In this document: positions 12,996 through 36,900 of the stretch, in pieces
How the letters are laid out: each line of letters starts with the position of its first letter
Position numbering within the stretch: the first letter of the stretch is position 1
Source: Takakia lepidozioides
Taxonomy: Eukaryota > Plantae > Bryophyta
NCBI GenBank assembly: GCA_030704615.1
Contig: CM060733.1
Span: forward strand, 9,052,001 to 9,116,000
Length of the DNA stretch: 64,000 nt
Direction: 5' to 3'
Notes under the pieces: model-generated
Told to the model about the DNA's origin: nothing
Databases searched by the model: none
The model's input: only the letters and a program-made list of their open reading frames with translations
Translations under genes and position numbers: made by a program

Positions 12996-13677
12996 CCCTT
13001 TGAAGCTCTTTTTGTAGTGTCTCCTGCCTCGTAATGCGGTGCCTCGTAATGCGGTACTACCATGAGTGGCATGGATAAAAAAGTAATAGGTGTATATGCG
13101 ACCTCTGCACGTTTAAGTAGAGACCTAGTATCAAACGTTCGGAGGTCGCATGTGCACCTATTACTTTCCGATCCATGCCTCTTATGTGTCGCACAGGTGA
13201 ATGAGAGAAGACGTTTGCTGTCTAACTCCTACGGAACTAATACATCGTTTTCTCATAACTCTATCCGAAACTTTGGAACATTACAAATATAAACAGTGAG
13301 CCAGTACACAACCATTTATGTTGCGATGACAGGTGCTAGGGTCGAGCATATGCAATGTAGTATTTACAATGAGACTTTATTTATTACATGCACGATCAAA
13401 ATTGAGTTATGTCTTCATAAAAGAACCATTGTACCGCCAGAAATCTCATATCTACGAGACTATGGTCTACTCCGTCCTATATACATCTTTCGGCTCAGGC
13501 CAATTGAATGGCTTGCCCATGAACCGAAGTACTACATGGGCTAATGTGACTCTCTCATTCTTGTTGTTGTCGTACAACCTTTGTAGCAGTGAATGCCAAC
13601 AACCTCCCGTAAATTGGTCCTGGAACATACTTTGATCATAATAAGCGCCGCCATTTATTCGTATCGCTATCTTCCCA

Positions 13678-14720
13678 ATGGCAAAGGCCTCCGACGTCAT
13701 GTCCTGGGGGGGGGGCGTGACATTCGCATTGAAAACCGATGCAATATCTTTTTCCACCCACCATCTTTTGCAACAACAAATTTCAGAGTTAAGGGAGTCG
13801 AACAATGGATCTTCAACCATACGAGTCCCTACTGCAACAGCTCCTACTGTAACGGTTCATTTTCAACAGATTACGAGATAACCAAAGATCAGTATGCCCG
13901 AAAAATTTGATGGGACGAGATCAAGATTTCGCGGTTTTGATCAACAAGTACGATTGTTCCTACGACTATATCCACAACGCTACCCCGATGAAGGTATTCA
14001 AGTGGGATTCATTGGCACCCTTCTATCAGGCACTGCCATATCTTGCCACTTGGTTTGCACCGCTATTAGAAAAAAATTCGCATTTACTATACAATTTTGA
14101 AACGTTCATGTCCGAGTTCACTGCAATGTTTGGAGAGAATGACAGAGAGAGAGTTGTAGAGACAAAGATGCGAAATCTTCAACAAGGAGCACGTCCTGCT
14201 TCCATTTATGCTGCAGAATTTCGACAACTTGCGTGCGACCTCGACTGGAATGAAAAGAGTCTCATTAGTCAGTTTCGATGTGGGCTACAAGATGATGTAA
14301 GAAAATTGTTATTGACAATGTCAAACGTGAGTACATTGAGCGAATTCATCACCCAAGTCATTGCATGCGATAATCGTTTGTTTGAAAGACGTCAAGAGAA
14401 GCGATTTGGATGGTCGACGACGCACCATGTCGCTGCTACTACGGCACCAAACACAACGATCCATCAGACATCCAATAGTGATCATATGCAGATTAATGCT
14501 ATCCGATTCAAACCATTGACACCACAAGAAAAACAAAGACGGCGTTCGAATGGATTATGCCTCTATTGCGGAGAGGAAGATAACATAGCATTAAACTGCT
14601 CCAACAAGAGAAGATTCAAAACTCGGGGCGCAACTCAAATGTTCGATACGAGGAGGTCGGAAAACGAAGTTGTCCAGTCACAGTAGGGACCATGCGGCTG
14701 GACATCACAAATTCCTTACA
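13678..14720 (+). mobile_element. Truncated Ty3/Gypsy gag remnant (Tcn1/sushi-ichi, PEG10/RTL1-like gag)
   Basis: MPEKFDGTRSRFRGF..., LQQGARPASIYAAEFRQLA, MQINA...EKQRRRSNGLCLYCG. Stop at 13879, frameshift ~14040; pol is lost after a poly-A run at ~14720. Confidence 0.88.
14659..14703 (+). promoter_or_regulatory. Putative -1 ribosomal frameshift signal at the gag/pol junction
   Basis: In-frame G GAA AAC heptamer, 6-nt spacer, then the stem GTCCAGTCACA/TGCGGCTGGAC enclosing the gag TAG. Confidence 0.6.
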
Positions 14721-17700
14721 AAAAAAAAGTCTGGCACAACTAATTATAAACCAATGGGGTTGGTCACTTTGCCCATTCATGTTAGTAGATATAGTGTTGT
14801 GCTAACCTGCATTCTCACTATGGGAGAGCAGATGCTGCTTGACCTTGATTGGATGAAGGGTGCAGAGGTCGGCATTGACATCAATCAAAATCCAACTACC
14901 AGATCTGAAGATTATAAAGTGTAGAGTGAAGACAACACTAAGAAATAGGTGCCAAAAAAGCATTTTTTTGCTCATTTTTGGGCAGTTTTAATTTTATTTT
15001 CTTTGAGAGTCTCAAGAATGTTGCTCGATACTTGATAACACATATTCTCATAAATTTTCAGTTTTTTCTGAAATGTTCTCAAGTGGGCTCCTTTGTAGTG
15101 ACAAATTGGGGGGTCAAAATTTGCTATTTTCTCTAGGCAAGCCAAAATCTCTCTTCTGAAAATCATACAAAAAAATTGTGCCGTTCAATTCCTAATCCCT
15201 TCGGTAGAAATGTCATGGGCATCCATATGAAGTCCCCAACAAGCTTTGGGGCCAATTAGGCAATGCCATTGCATCTTTAGGTTCCCTGCCCAAGACTTCA
15301 AATGGAACACCTATGTTAAGCAGGGCTGGTTAACCAGAGGGGTTCCCAAACCCCGTGCCCTTCTGGGCTATGGCTCCAAATATCCTAGGCCTGCAGGCTC
15401 ATGGGGGGCCACTCCACCCTCAACCTTATCAAACCCCCGCCCTAGGTTTGGCCCACCCCTCATGGGAGTTTTCTTGAGCTGCAAGCTGTGCCGCCATCGC
15501 GGCTGTACCCTCCAGCCCGCCCTGCTATGGGCCCATGGTGTTGGCCGGAACTGCCATCGCCGTCGATTTCAGGTTAGGGCGCAGGCCTGGGAATGCCCAG
15601 ACCTGCACTAGCCACCATGTCCCCGCCGGCAATCAAGGGGTTTGGGGAAGCGTGCCGCCTGCTCCTTTATGGGGTAAGTTTCATTCACACTAACCCGACC
15701 GCAACTGCCATGTCAGCAACTTGGGCAAGTTAGGGGGGGTCAAAATGGCCTCAAAAAGCTGAGTTGGCCCCCTTCCCATTGGTCTAGACCCGTACCCCTT
15801 CATGCTTTGACCAATGCCATATGGGAGGAGACCCGATTTTCTATCAATTGAGCCCAAAAAAGGTCCAATCAACCTTAACCACAGGAAGTTATGGTTGGTT
15901 AAGCAAACCCAACCGACCCAAAATGGGTCGTTTTGGCACTTAAGGGTTAAAAGATAATATAAGGAAGACGGCGGGGGAGTACTGGTATTGTGGCTGGTAT
16001 GAAAAAATTGATACCAGCCTGGTCTGATATATGACCAAGTATTCTCCCACATGATACCATACTGGTCTGGTATCTAATACCAGTGCATATACCAATATAT
16101 ATACAAGTCCTTCACCTATATACCATACATATTGGTATTGGTATGCTCTTCTCCCCCTTCCCTTGGGCGGTGTCCCATTTGGACGCCTTCATGGCGAGGT
16201 TACCGTGAAAGAGGGTTACCGTGAAAGAGGTTACCATAGAGGCCGCTCTATTTCGACGGACCCCTGCCGGAATTATTAAATACATGCAGGTCGCCAGGTT
16301 CGGCAGGCTTAATGACAATATTAATTTTTTCGTCCAAGCTTCATCCAATTTTTCTGGAATTCGGCACCCCGGGTACTTTTCATTAAATTAGGTGATTCAC
16401 GGACAGTTGACATTCTATGTGGCAAGTCATAGTGATGGTTAGCCATAACTCTATGTGGCAAGCCATAATCATGGTTAGTGGTAAACGCTGCATTTTTAAT
16501 AAGTCTCAAACTTGACGTTTAGGAGTTGACTACAGTATTTTTGTTGCATTGGACAGTTCCCACCTTTTTTCTCAAAGTTCATTTTTTTAAATGAAGATTA
16601 TTCCCTATTTCGTCTATTCCCATGGCAGAATTTTAAAATATTCGTCCTCTCTTAAAATGAATTAATTAAAGTCGGAATAAAAACGACATCTACGGTATTT
16701 GTTATATTGTCTTCTCACTATTGAGGGGCCTGATTGAGGTTACTGTGAAAGAGGTTATTTTCTCCTCTCACTATTAAGGGGCCTCATTTGTGAGCTGTCG
16801 CTCCCAAGTGTTTCCCTTTTTTTAAAACAAAATGTTAGGGGAAAGAATTGACCCACAAAGGTCCTCAGGTTGAACGGCATTGAGATGTCATAAAACAGTA
16901 AGAAATTCGACAGAAAAATGGAGGTTTTAGCCTGGGTGAGTCCATGCAAGCTCAACGCCTCATGAAACATGCTCGCAGAGATAGGTCCAACTCTCCAACT
17001 CATTCGAGGACATCCATACAGCAAGACTTGTCGCCAACTACAGGGTGTTAGAGTGATTCTTGACAGACAAGCTGTTATTCTTATGACTCTAACAAAGGAC
17101 CCTAACAGCTTTGCCATGGGAGTAAAAAATTCTGGATAGGTAGAGTGTTGTGTCAGACACACTCCCAACAAAGGAGCGCAAAGCAATGCTATGTCTCTAC
17201 CAGTTGTGAATATAAAATCTGGACACATTTATGGCTAGAGTTGGAGCTATCACTTCACTTGCCATGAATGCAATAAAATTTATGTCGCCTCCATGTGGTT
17301 CTGTTTGTGCAGATTCAAGCCTCATCAGATGCACTAGTCACCATGATAAGCATTCCAAATCTGCAGTTACATGGCAATTCTTAGTTGACCCTACTATATG
17401 GAACCCCCTGCTATGTCAAACTCATTTTGGAGTCATTAAATAGGGTCTTTTGAAGGCTTAACTCAAAGGGCTAAAGTCTTAACATATCTTCCAAGTTCGA
17501 CAAAAGGGTTGGAGTACCGTCTGTATGTCTCATTAGACTTAGTTTGTTGCTGTCCTTCATGGACTGGAAGACAATAGTCACCAAGACAGCGTTCATAAAT
17601 TATCAACATACAGATTCACCATCCTATGTCCTGCAATAGGCATACAATCCAACTCTGAAACACAAAAATGCGATGTACTCGCTTTTGACCCTGTAATATT

Positions 17701-17867
17701 TTAGGCCTAGACATCATATTACACTGAATGAATTACTGCCCAGGCCTCAGTTTGTGCCTTCAAAAATCCAAAACGCTATTGCAAACTATATCAGCAACCC
17801 TAGGGTTCAGACTACAATTTCATTACCTCCAAAATCCATGTTACATGTAGTCCTTATTGATCATGAG

Positions 17868-27680
<9,813 letters not shown>

Positions 27681-28097
27681 CCCCTCTTGTGAAACTGTCA
27701 AATTCTCAGAACCAGGAAATGTTCAACCAGCTGCTCCCCCCATAACCTTCACCGAGCATTGCCTGTCATAAAAAGGAACGCTGACAAGCAAGGGCAGGAG
27801 CCTGCCGTCTTGGCTCACACCATGGCCTCTTGCTTGCTCTGACTGAAGGAGAGAGACGACCCCTCTGCCGATACGGACCCATTCTGCCTTTTCTCATTCG
27901 TTCAAATATAGTTGGACTACATCTGAACCATAGGATTTTATTTAATTAATGGTATTTATAAACCGTCGACTATTTTCACTCCAACGGTTGAGATATGTCA
28001 GGTGTCAACGAGGTGAGTTAGTAAGCAAGAAATTTTAGAGAGTGATCCGAGACACAATCCGGGGTGGCAGAGGAGTGTGGCGAAGAGAAGGGGCAAG
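27681..28097. promoter_or_regulatory. Short divergent intergenic region (probable bidirectional promoter)
   Basis: CDC48C ATG at 27680 (-) and Clot ATG at 28098 (+) are 417 bp apart, with an AT-rich core at ~27930-27965. Confidence 0.55.
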
Positions 28098-29340
28098 ATG
28101 CCTGCGGCTATGTTGGATGCTGGGGTGGGCGATTTTGACACCGTGCTGAAGGTACCCTCTTGTATTTTACTGAACTGTCCATTACATTTTACTCAAACAA
28201 TTCTGCAGAGACCATGAAGGATAGTTAATAGATTGCGATCCTGTGCGTGTGCTTCAGAATCAACTGAGTACGCTTTGGGGAGGTTCTTATGTTAATTAGC
28301 ACACTAGGTACTCGTCTTTGGGATCTTGCGAAGTTCATTCTTCTTCGTCCCTGGCGCGGACTCGCACATTCTCACACTGATGCAGCCGATTACATGACAT
28401 GTGTGGAAGGTCCAGGACTGCAGTAGTATCTAGTATGATATTAATGCCTGCAACTAAATCAACCCTATAGGTAATTGGACTGTGTTTAGCTGTGCGCGAG
28501 TAATCTTAGGATCAGTTTCTTATCCGGTGGGTTGACCCTCCACATTAGAGCTACCTGATTTCTTGTCTACTTTTCTTTGGCCCAGAAAAGAGAGCTGTTT
28601 TCAGTATCTCAAGGCCCTTAGAAGTCTTGTGTCTGAAAACGTCTTTGAGTTGCTTCAAGTCTACTTCCCTCCCTCATCCTTGGCGACTATCTTCAGAGAC
28701 ACTTCAGAGAGAGTAGCTCAAATGAGATCCAGGAAGCGTTGCAGTACTAAGTCCTATGATGTCAGGTTCGGAATTAGGTCTGTGGAGTTGGATCACCCAG
28801 TCCTAATCAGAAAATGGTGATTTGCTGCAGGCCGCCGAGTTGCAGGGTCCAGGCCTTTTGCTGCTTCTATTCTTGGGTGATCGCCTTGCTTCTGTTGGCA
28901 AAAGCTGGTGTCCGGGTACCCCCGCGCCCCTCTTCCATTCTCTTTGCCTCATTAGTGTGGTGTTTTGAAACCAGCCAGGTAGAATGAATCTCACAATGGG
29001 GCCAAAGGCTATGAAGTGCTATGATTGTCATAGAACTGGGAGGGGAGGAGAACTATAGGTGATTTTGATCTTTTGTGTGATGGGGTGTGCAGATTGTGTG
29101 AGAGCAGAGCCTGTAATTTACAAGGTGGTTGACGAAGTGAAGAGGCCAGTGACACTCCTCCGTGTGTATGTTGGAGATAGGACGACATGGCGCTCTCCGG
29201 ACCATCCACTGCGCAAAGATGACCACTTTCAGTTGAAGGGAGTTCCCACATTGATTCGGTGGGAGGATGGAGCAATTGCAGGTCGCCTTGAAGACCATGA
29301 GGCACACCTGGAGGACCACGTCAAGAAGCTTGTTAGCTAG
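28098..29340 (+). CDS. CLOT: Thioredoxin-like protein Clot (TXNDC17/DUF953), 3 exons
   Basis: Exons 28098-28151, 28831-28915 and 29093-29340. Splicing yields the SWCPDCVRAEP active site and YVGDRTTWR..HPLR...GVPTLIRW. Confidence 0.92.
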
Positions 29341-30954
29341 TCAGAGAGAAGCTTGTGTACTGTTTGTTGCAATGACTGTAATTTGATTATGTCAGCAAGA
29401 GAGCTATCAGATTCCATGCCTCAGGTATGTACATATAGAGAGAAGACTCTAGCTGAACGTAGCATAAGTAAAAGCCACTTCAACAAACGGCTACTTACTC
29501 CTTGTCGGGGTGGGTCTACTAAGTGTAATTCTTTGGTCCAATTGTGTCTCTCTCTCTTCTCCCCTCCATCCTCTTTAAGGCCGTAATGTTGCTGATAGAG
29601 AGGAAGCGCAGTTAGGAATGGTTGAGTTTTGTGCTCATTGTGCACATCCAACTGAGTAAAGTACACTCTTGCTCTTGTTCTAGGAGAGATGGGGCAGCTG
29701 AGATTGTCAAATGTATAGGAAGGGTCAAATTTCAATGGGATAAAGAGTGGGGTGATGGGTTGGCATCACTTGAGGCTTTTGGGATTGGCCAGTTTGCACT
29801 CTGCAAGAAAACTCGCTGGCTTCCGTCTATCTTCATCATCCCCTTGTGTGAAGCTTGCACTGTGCGTGCTCTGTAACGTGGATGTATAGCTCGTAGAAGA
29901 TCCCACAATTCAAATCCTTTCTCACATCCCATTGTGTTAAGCTTGCCCTGTGCATGCTCTATAACTTGTATGCATAGCTCATTGATGATCCCACAATTGA
30001 GATCCTTGTGCAAGCAACCAGGCTGCACCTTCTCCCTCATTTCTCTGACGTCTCTGAAACAGTTTGAATCTTTGGAAGGATTGCTTCCAGTCCATTTTTA
30101 AGTTTGATTGGCCACAAGGATACCATCTTCAACCTTCACCATACTGGAGATTTGTGGACTACTTTTTGTGGATACTCAAATCCAGTAGGTCACAAAAACT
30201 TCATCTTTCATTTACCCTGGATAAGATTTATGTCGCACAACCCAATAATTCCACAATACCTTGCATCCAAACATCCCAATTGATCTCAAAACAGAGTAGA
30301 TGGATGGCAAAATTCAACTCTGCCTCAATGCATGTGTATTGTCCAGAATTTCAGTTATCCAGATTTGAAACTATGGATGAACCCCTCCAAAAAAATTGCT
30401 CGTCTCATAACTACATATCATTTTTGCCGACAGTCTAATTACTCATTTCTAACTACCTGAGAATTAGCCACCATATCCATCAACGAGCTGTATAAGAACA
30501 CTGACGACTTGCAAGCTAAAGAGTTTCTGAGAAAAAAATGCGTACGGGAGACATAGACAAAAGGGAAAAGGGAAACCTAATCTTCACCCACTTGTGCAAA
30601 CCACCTTCCCAGCGGTCAAAGGTTATCCCTCAATCTTTTGAGAATACTCGCAGCCGCCAATCTATACCATCCCATGTGTGCCGTTCACCACAACATAGAG
30701 CAACTTTAGGATTGGGACCATCAAATATGACAAGGCTTCAGCAACCTCCCAGAAACCACTTCACATAAAAGTCTTCATATAAGACTTTCCACGGCATTCC
30801 CAAAATATTGGATTAAACTGTTCGGTGTTTCTATAAACACCTACTCTGTCGAACTATTTTGATGATGTGTAGGGGGGAATTAACCATAAATTAACAATCT
30901 CCAGTCCAGATGTCATCGTCGCTTCATGAAGTATGTAGAGTTCTGAGTTTTTGG

Positions 30955-33900
30955 CTATCTACTGCGAAAGGATGCCAATCTAGCAAGAACCCAAGAGAGG
31001 AGTCTAATGACAAAGGGGTAAAGCAAAAAGGCAGCAGCTAACGAGAGTGACATGATCACAAGAGAGGGGATCAAAGCCTGGGGAGTTTTTGAGCAGGATT
31101 TCCCAACAGAATGGGACCTCCCTTGTGAAACGGACGCGTGCATACTGGTGGCTCCGAACTTGGGCCCTGGACTTTGTTTCCGCCTGATGCATGCCATGCA
31201 CCCACACCCCAAGGCAGGCCAGGATCAACGGACATACTTCCTCTTGGCTGGGGTGTTTTTTCAATGATCAAGTGAACAGCCTTTCTCGGCTTGTGGTCCG
31301 AGCTGAGGCAACATTGGAAGTGAGCATGCCACAGGGTTAGGACTCTACTGTGCCTACTGGTTGGGCTTCTTCATGACCATTAAGTAAAACTCCCTGCACA
31401 ACAGGATGCCATGCTTCACAGGGGCATTCAGCGTGGGCATGGGTAAGTTCCACCTTTGATGCATCACAATTGTTTGACTTGCAATGGTCACCCCGAAATG
31501 GCCATAAAGGAGACATGGCAAAATTCCATTCAGAACAGCCACTGCCTCAAACAGTCTAACTCTTGAAAATATGATGGCGAAATACAAGCCAGCCCTCACA
31601 TGGTAGGATGCCCTTGATGTTCCCCATGGGCATCACATTTCAGTGTACTGTCCATATTTACCTGTTTAGACAGACACCTCAGAGGACTGCAAATCCTTCA
31701 ATCAGAGAAAGAATCCACTTGAGATAAAGATCGATCATGTCCACCAAAGAAAAAACCACCACTAAGTAATGGGTTTCTGTATAGTTTACAGTCAACCAGT
31801 CCAGCAGTAGTGTCAGGAGCGAATAATGATCACGATATTTGTCGTTCACTGACAACGTGATGTAGAACAGGCTGTGGCTAGGAACAGACCTACAGACTCT
31901 TATACTACAAGAGCAGAAGCCCTTCAGCATAAAAAGAGAGATCTGAAAAGCATAGTAACAGAGGCTCCATGAATAACTTTCTTCATGAAAGCCTTCCCCG
32001 ACACCTTGGATACAGAAACTTTTAAGTGCTATCCCAGACCATTTCTGAGACTGACATTTTCAGTTGTTTAAAAGTACAAGCTCTCACCACATGCCCATGG
32101 TTTTATTTTCCATCATTTTGGACATAGGATCAATGTATAATGAGAGTATCAAAATGCAACAAATACAGAAAGAAACTTACCCAGCAAAGTCTTTAACGGC
32201 TCTCCAGATTCCATCACTCCCTTTCTCTTTCTCTGACGAGTCTGCCAACTCTGTCTTCTCTTCCTCCAACACTGGGCCCCTGCCTTCTTGAACCCCTGCA
32301 ATACATGATCACACCACAATTGATGTTAAACACCTGCCCTATTACAGTTTATGGTGAAAACCTCAAGAGTGGCAACTAGAACAATCTCATGAATCCTAGA
32401 ATGAGGGGAGAGGGAGCCAAGAGACCACATTAAAAGGCCCAATGAGGAATGTTCTGAGGTCATTAAATCAAGAAAAACTACCTACAGAGGGTTCTGAGGC
32501 TATTAAGTGCTAACTGCCTGTGTAAAAACATAACAATCTGTGACATCATGTGACATGCTTCAGCATTTCTCAAGACCAAGCACATATCTCAATAGCAAAA
32601 TCATTTCCTTGCCAATTGACTTTCTTACAGAAACTCACTGTTGAAGTATCTTCACTCCTAAAACACCTGTCTTTCATCCATTGGGATTGCCACATGCTTA
32701 ACTCTAACAGCGGAGTGAAAGAGTGAGAAAGAGAGGTGGAGGTGATGCTCAACTAGTCCGTGTTTGCGACTTAGAAAACAACAGATCAAACAGAGGCAAA
32801 AAAATTCCTTCCGCAGAAATGGTTTCTCCACAATTCAATCCCAGTTTCCACCCACAAAATATCTACCAATATTCTATTGGCCTCTCAGGTGAGATGATGA
32901 AATGTGAGAGCAGAGGTCATTCATTACAAAAGTATCCAAATGTCTCTGTCTCTCTCACTTCTCATATGCATCTGTGTTGACACTCGTGTGTCTCAATTCC
33001 TGGTCTGGGGTCTCCATTTTTGATCCTGTCTGGCCCCCCCCTGTAAATTACACCATAATCTTGTGAGCTGAAACCCCTGACCAGCTCTGGGAGGTTAGTA
33101 TCCCATGGGACTATGCCATCAAAGGTGCGTCCTAAATAAAGTTTGCAGGGAACGGCCAAAGAAATCATCTTGAGATACCCACAGACACGACAATACACTC
33201 TATGCAAGGAACATGGACACAATGCCAAGTAATGTATACAGCACACACACATGCAAATTAAAGAGGAAAACCCTCCCCACTCCAATCCGGCTTGCACACT
33301 GAACATAACGTAATCTTTTCAAGTCACTGCAAACAACAAACTGTTTTCAATGCACGAAAAACAAAGAGACCAACATGCAACATAGTGAGTGAACAGAGGT
33401 GGGTGCATGGGAGGCCTTGCCAACTACTCAAGAGAACCAGGGAAGCCCTGGGAGACTTGCCAGAGGTCCAAAATCTCTCTCTCCTGGTCTCCCAGGACTG
33501 GGGGCCGGGGCTAGCCAAAGCCACATGTTCCAGCAAGGTCGGAACTAGGAGGGGTTTTTTTGCATTTGGCTTTTGCAGCCACACTCTTCTTACGCTGAGG
33601 CCTGCCAGTAGAACGCATTCTGACTGATCCACCACGCCCCTTGTTCTTCTGGAGCTGTGCAAGGTCTTCAACCAGCTCACGCTCCACTTCACTGCCATGT
33701 CATAACTTGTCAGCCAGTATCCAAAAATCTTATTAAGCTAAATATTTTGATGCACTACACTCACTATCTTTCTTGCTGGCAAGCATGAAAGTGTGATAGG
33801 CACTTTCGAGTTACACTGTTGGATGGTCTGGTATCAGAAATGTCAGATGGTTAGTAATATTATGCCAGTGAGTTGAGTGTAACGCTCCCTTTCACACTTC

Positions 33901-36900
33901 ATAAAGGAGTGGCAGGAGAGAAACAGGCAGATAGAGGAGCTTCGCAACTGTCAAGTAATGTCACTATGTAGTATCTTGGTGACTGAGACCCTATGGGATA
34001 CCTACAACCAGGTTGGATGACATTGCAGTACGGAATTGTCATTGCTATCTCCGAAAATGTCCTCCAATTAGCACATAAACATTCATTCTAGATTGTCTAT
34101 CCTACATCAACCAACCTCACCTCAATCGTGACGGAATTGTAACCTTAATTGTGATAAAGTGGTCACCCCGAGCCGAGGGCTTGTTCAATTTGGGCACACC
34201 TAGTTTGGAAAGCACAAGGATATCACCCGGTTGGGTCCCAGCAGGCACTTGGAGTTCTGTGACACCATCCACTGTTTTGACCTGCTCTCCGGCACATTGA
34301 ACAGTTCGCTCAGTCCATGTTATAGTTGAGCTTTTCAGATACACAACCTTCCCAATGTAAAATGCCACACCTGTATGCAACTCTTTCCCAAATGACTACT
34401 CAATATCTCACATAATACAGAAAGAGAAATCGAAACAGATATGTTACGTTATAGACCAGGAACAAATGGAGATAGTCTGTAGGACACAAGCAAACAACCA
34501 TTCTAGCAAGTATAATACTTCTCAATTCAAAAGATTGTGTATGATGTGCCTCTACAGACAACAAAGCCATAGACAATGTGCTCATATTGCAAGAGGGACT
34601 CAGAGGGATGTAACGTTGGAAGTGATAACCACAGAATTATCATAAAGGCCATCACAGCAGCACTTAGTTGCACAGTCACTGGCCCCATAACTTAGCTGGA
34701 AAGGGCAGAGCTCTGATCAAATACCATATCCACCACAGAAAAGGAAGAGCACCTGTGCCACAGTGCCAAGGATAGCCTCAGTGTAGTTGACCGAAACAGT
34801 TGAGTAAAGGTTGATACCATCCCTCTGGATACCTGCCATCTCCTTCACATTCAAAAACACATAAAGATCCCCTGCTGGGCCCCTGCATAACAAAGGACAA
34901 CAGCACACGCAGAAAATTACCAGAAAGGAATAGCTGTTCTCTCTCTCATGAACGAGCACTATCTTTCCATGCAAAGTTGGGGGTTCATTTGTTCTTTTGG
35001 ATTCTTTTGTTGTGCTACAATTGAGAATGAGGCAATCTTCAAGATCATCAGCTTCCTCCACCAGCTCCAGTCGCTACCACCACATTGGTGGCCACAAGGT
35101 ACTTTTAAGAACTCAAAGATTGACCAATGCAACCAAGTTACGATAGCAACCATGTCCTACATACGAAACTTTGCAGTCATACCCTCTGGGACCAGCATCG
35201 CCCTCCCCACGAACTCGAAGAGTGCTGCCACTGTTGACACCTGGTGGAATCTTAACTTTGATATTCTTTTTGACACGCATACGGCCCTGCCCCGCACACT
35301 TGCGGCAATACTCACCGATTACCTCACCCTCCCCTCCACAGGTTGTGCAAGTTGAAACCTGCCAATGATGCCATAGAGGTGCCATTAGGCCAGTCATGGA
35401 TCCCATGTTAGCAGAATTGTGTGAAATCTCTCATCACTATCATGAGCCGCCTCCCATAACTTTCTTGTCCTCCCTCTCCCTCTGTTCAGCAGGATTAGAG
35501 GTGTAGAGACCTGGGAGAACGTGCCAAAGGGGGTCTCTTGAGTGCGCATGACTTGGCCCATGCCACCACAGGTGGAGCAATTTTGTCGACTGCTGCCTGA
35601 CCGTGCACCACTTCCAGAGCATGTCCCACACATCTCCAAATGAACAGTCTCAAACTCTTTCTCTGCTCCAAAAATAGCTTCAGTGAACTCAACGCTCATG
35701 TCATACCTGTACCCCACAGCATCGCAACCCTAGTAACTCATCATACAATCAGAATCAACATAAAAGACTGATATCATCCTTTTCTGCCAACGCTCTTATA
35801 TTGACCACTTCATCAAAAGCAACTGACTGGGCTGACCTCTGACAAATTTTCCTACTACAAGACAACCAACATTTAGCCCATGGTAAGGGCACAAGCCGCC
35901 TCACTAGTGGTTGTGGGTTCAAACCACATGACAGATGTCATAAAGGTGTCAAGTGACACCAACACGTTCACATATTATTGTATTTCCCTACTACAACTTC
36001 CTCTCTCACACATAACACCCACAATGCCTATTGAGTATATCCAGTATTGCCCCCTTTCCTTCCCTTGCTTGGGCTCTCCCTCTGTGCATGTGCATTAGGC
36101 ACTGACCTTGATTTTCGACACCTCTTTTGGTTCTCTTGACTGTCCCACACACCATTCATATGGAGCTACAATACATCTCTTCCATCCTCTTCTCTCCAAA
36201 TGACCCAAACATGTAGATTACCGGATATCTGCACCCTGAATGGTAGTAGTGCGTCGAGAAGTACCGAAGCCAGAACCCATACCGCCCATTCCGCCCATGC
36301 CTCCCATGCCTCCCATGCTTCCTCCAAAGAAAGCCTCAAAAAGATCAAAAGGATTTGTCTGCAAAAACACTTCTCAGAATTTTCAGGAAACGTACAGGTA
36401 TTACTCCACATGATTCTCTGCAGAGAGATGGTGCATTGGAGTCAGCATAATTGAGAGCCTCTTCCCCTTGCAGGTAATGTACTCCTTTGGGGATGGGCTT
36501 TGATTCACTGCATATCCATGACAGAAGGGAACATGCCACAGGCAAGTGAGTTGTATGCATACCGCATAGGCTCCTGCCCTCCCACCTGCTGCAGCCCCCT
36601 TCACGCCTGCCTCTCCAAATTGATCATACAAGGGCCTCTTTTCATCATCTGAGAGAACCTTCATCCTCAACAAACAAGCAAGCTCAACAAAAGGTTAATA
36701 CTGATTCAGCCTAGAGGGCCTCCCTCTCTCTCCCACAGTACTATGGCTCCAGAAGTACTTGTCAGAATAAAGCCAATGAGTCTATCTTATCAACACAACA
36801 AATTCTCCTTCTAATGGTTAGTTTATCACCATAATTGATCAGTTCTATGCTGCAGGTTTGAGGAGGGCCATCCCTCGGGGTAACAATACCAAGGTTTACA

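Noticed and set aside
14940-16800. MITE-like or palindromic patches and the GAGGTTACCGTGAAA repeats
   Set aside because: No TIR/TSD pair could be defined; probably decayed TE sequence.
16755-17228. 157-aa ORF, possibly a LINE ORF1 remnant
   Set aside because: The similarity is too weak to support by eye.
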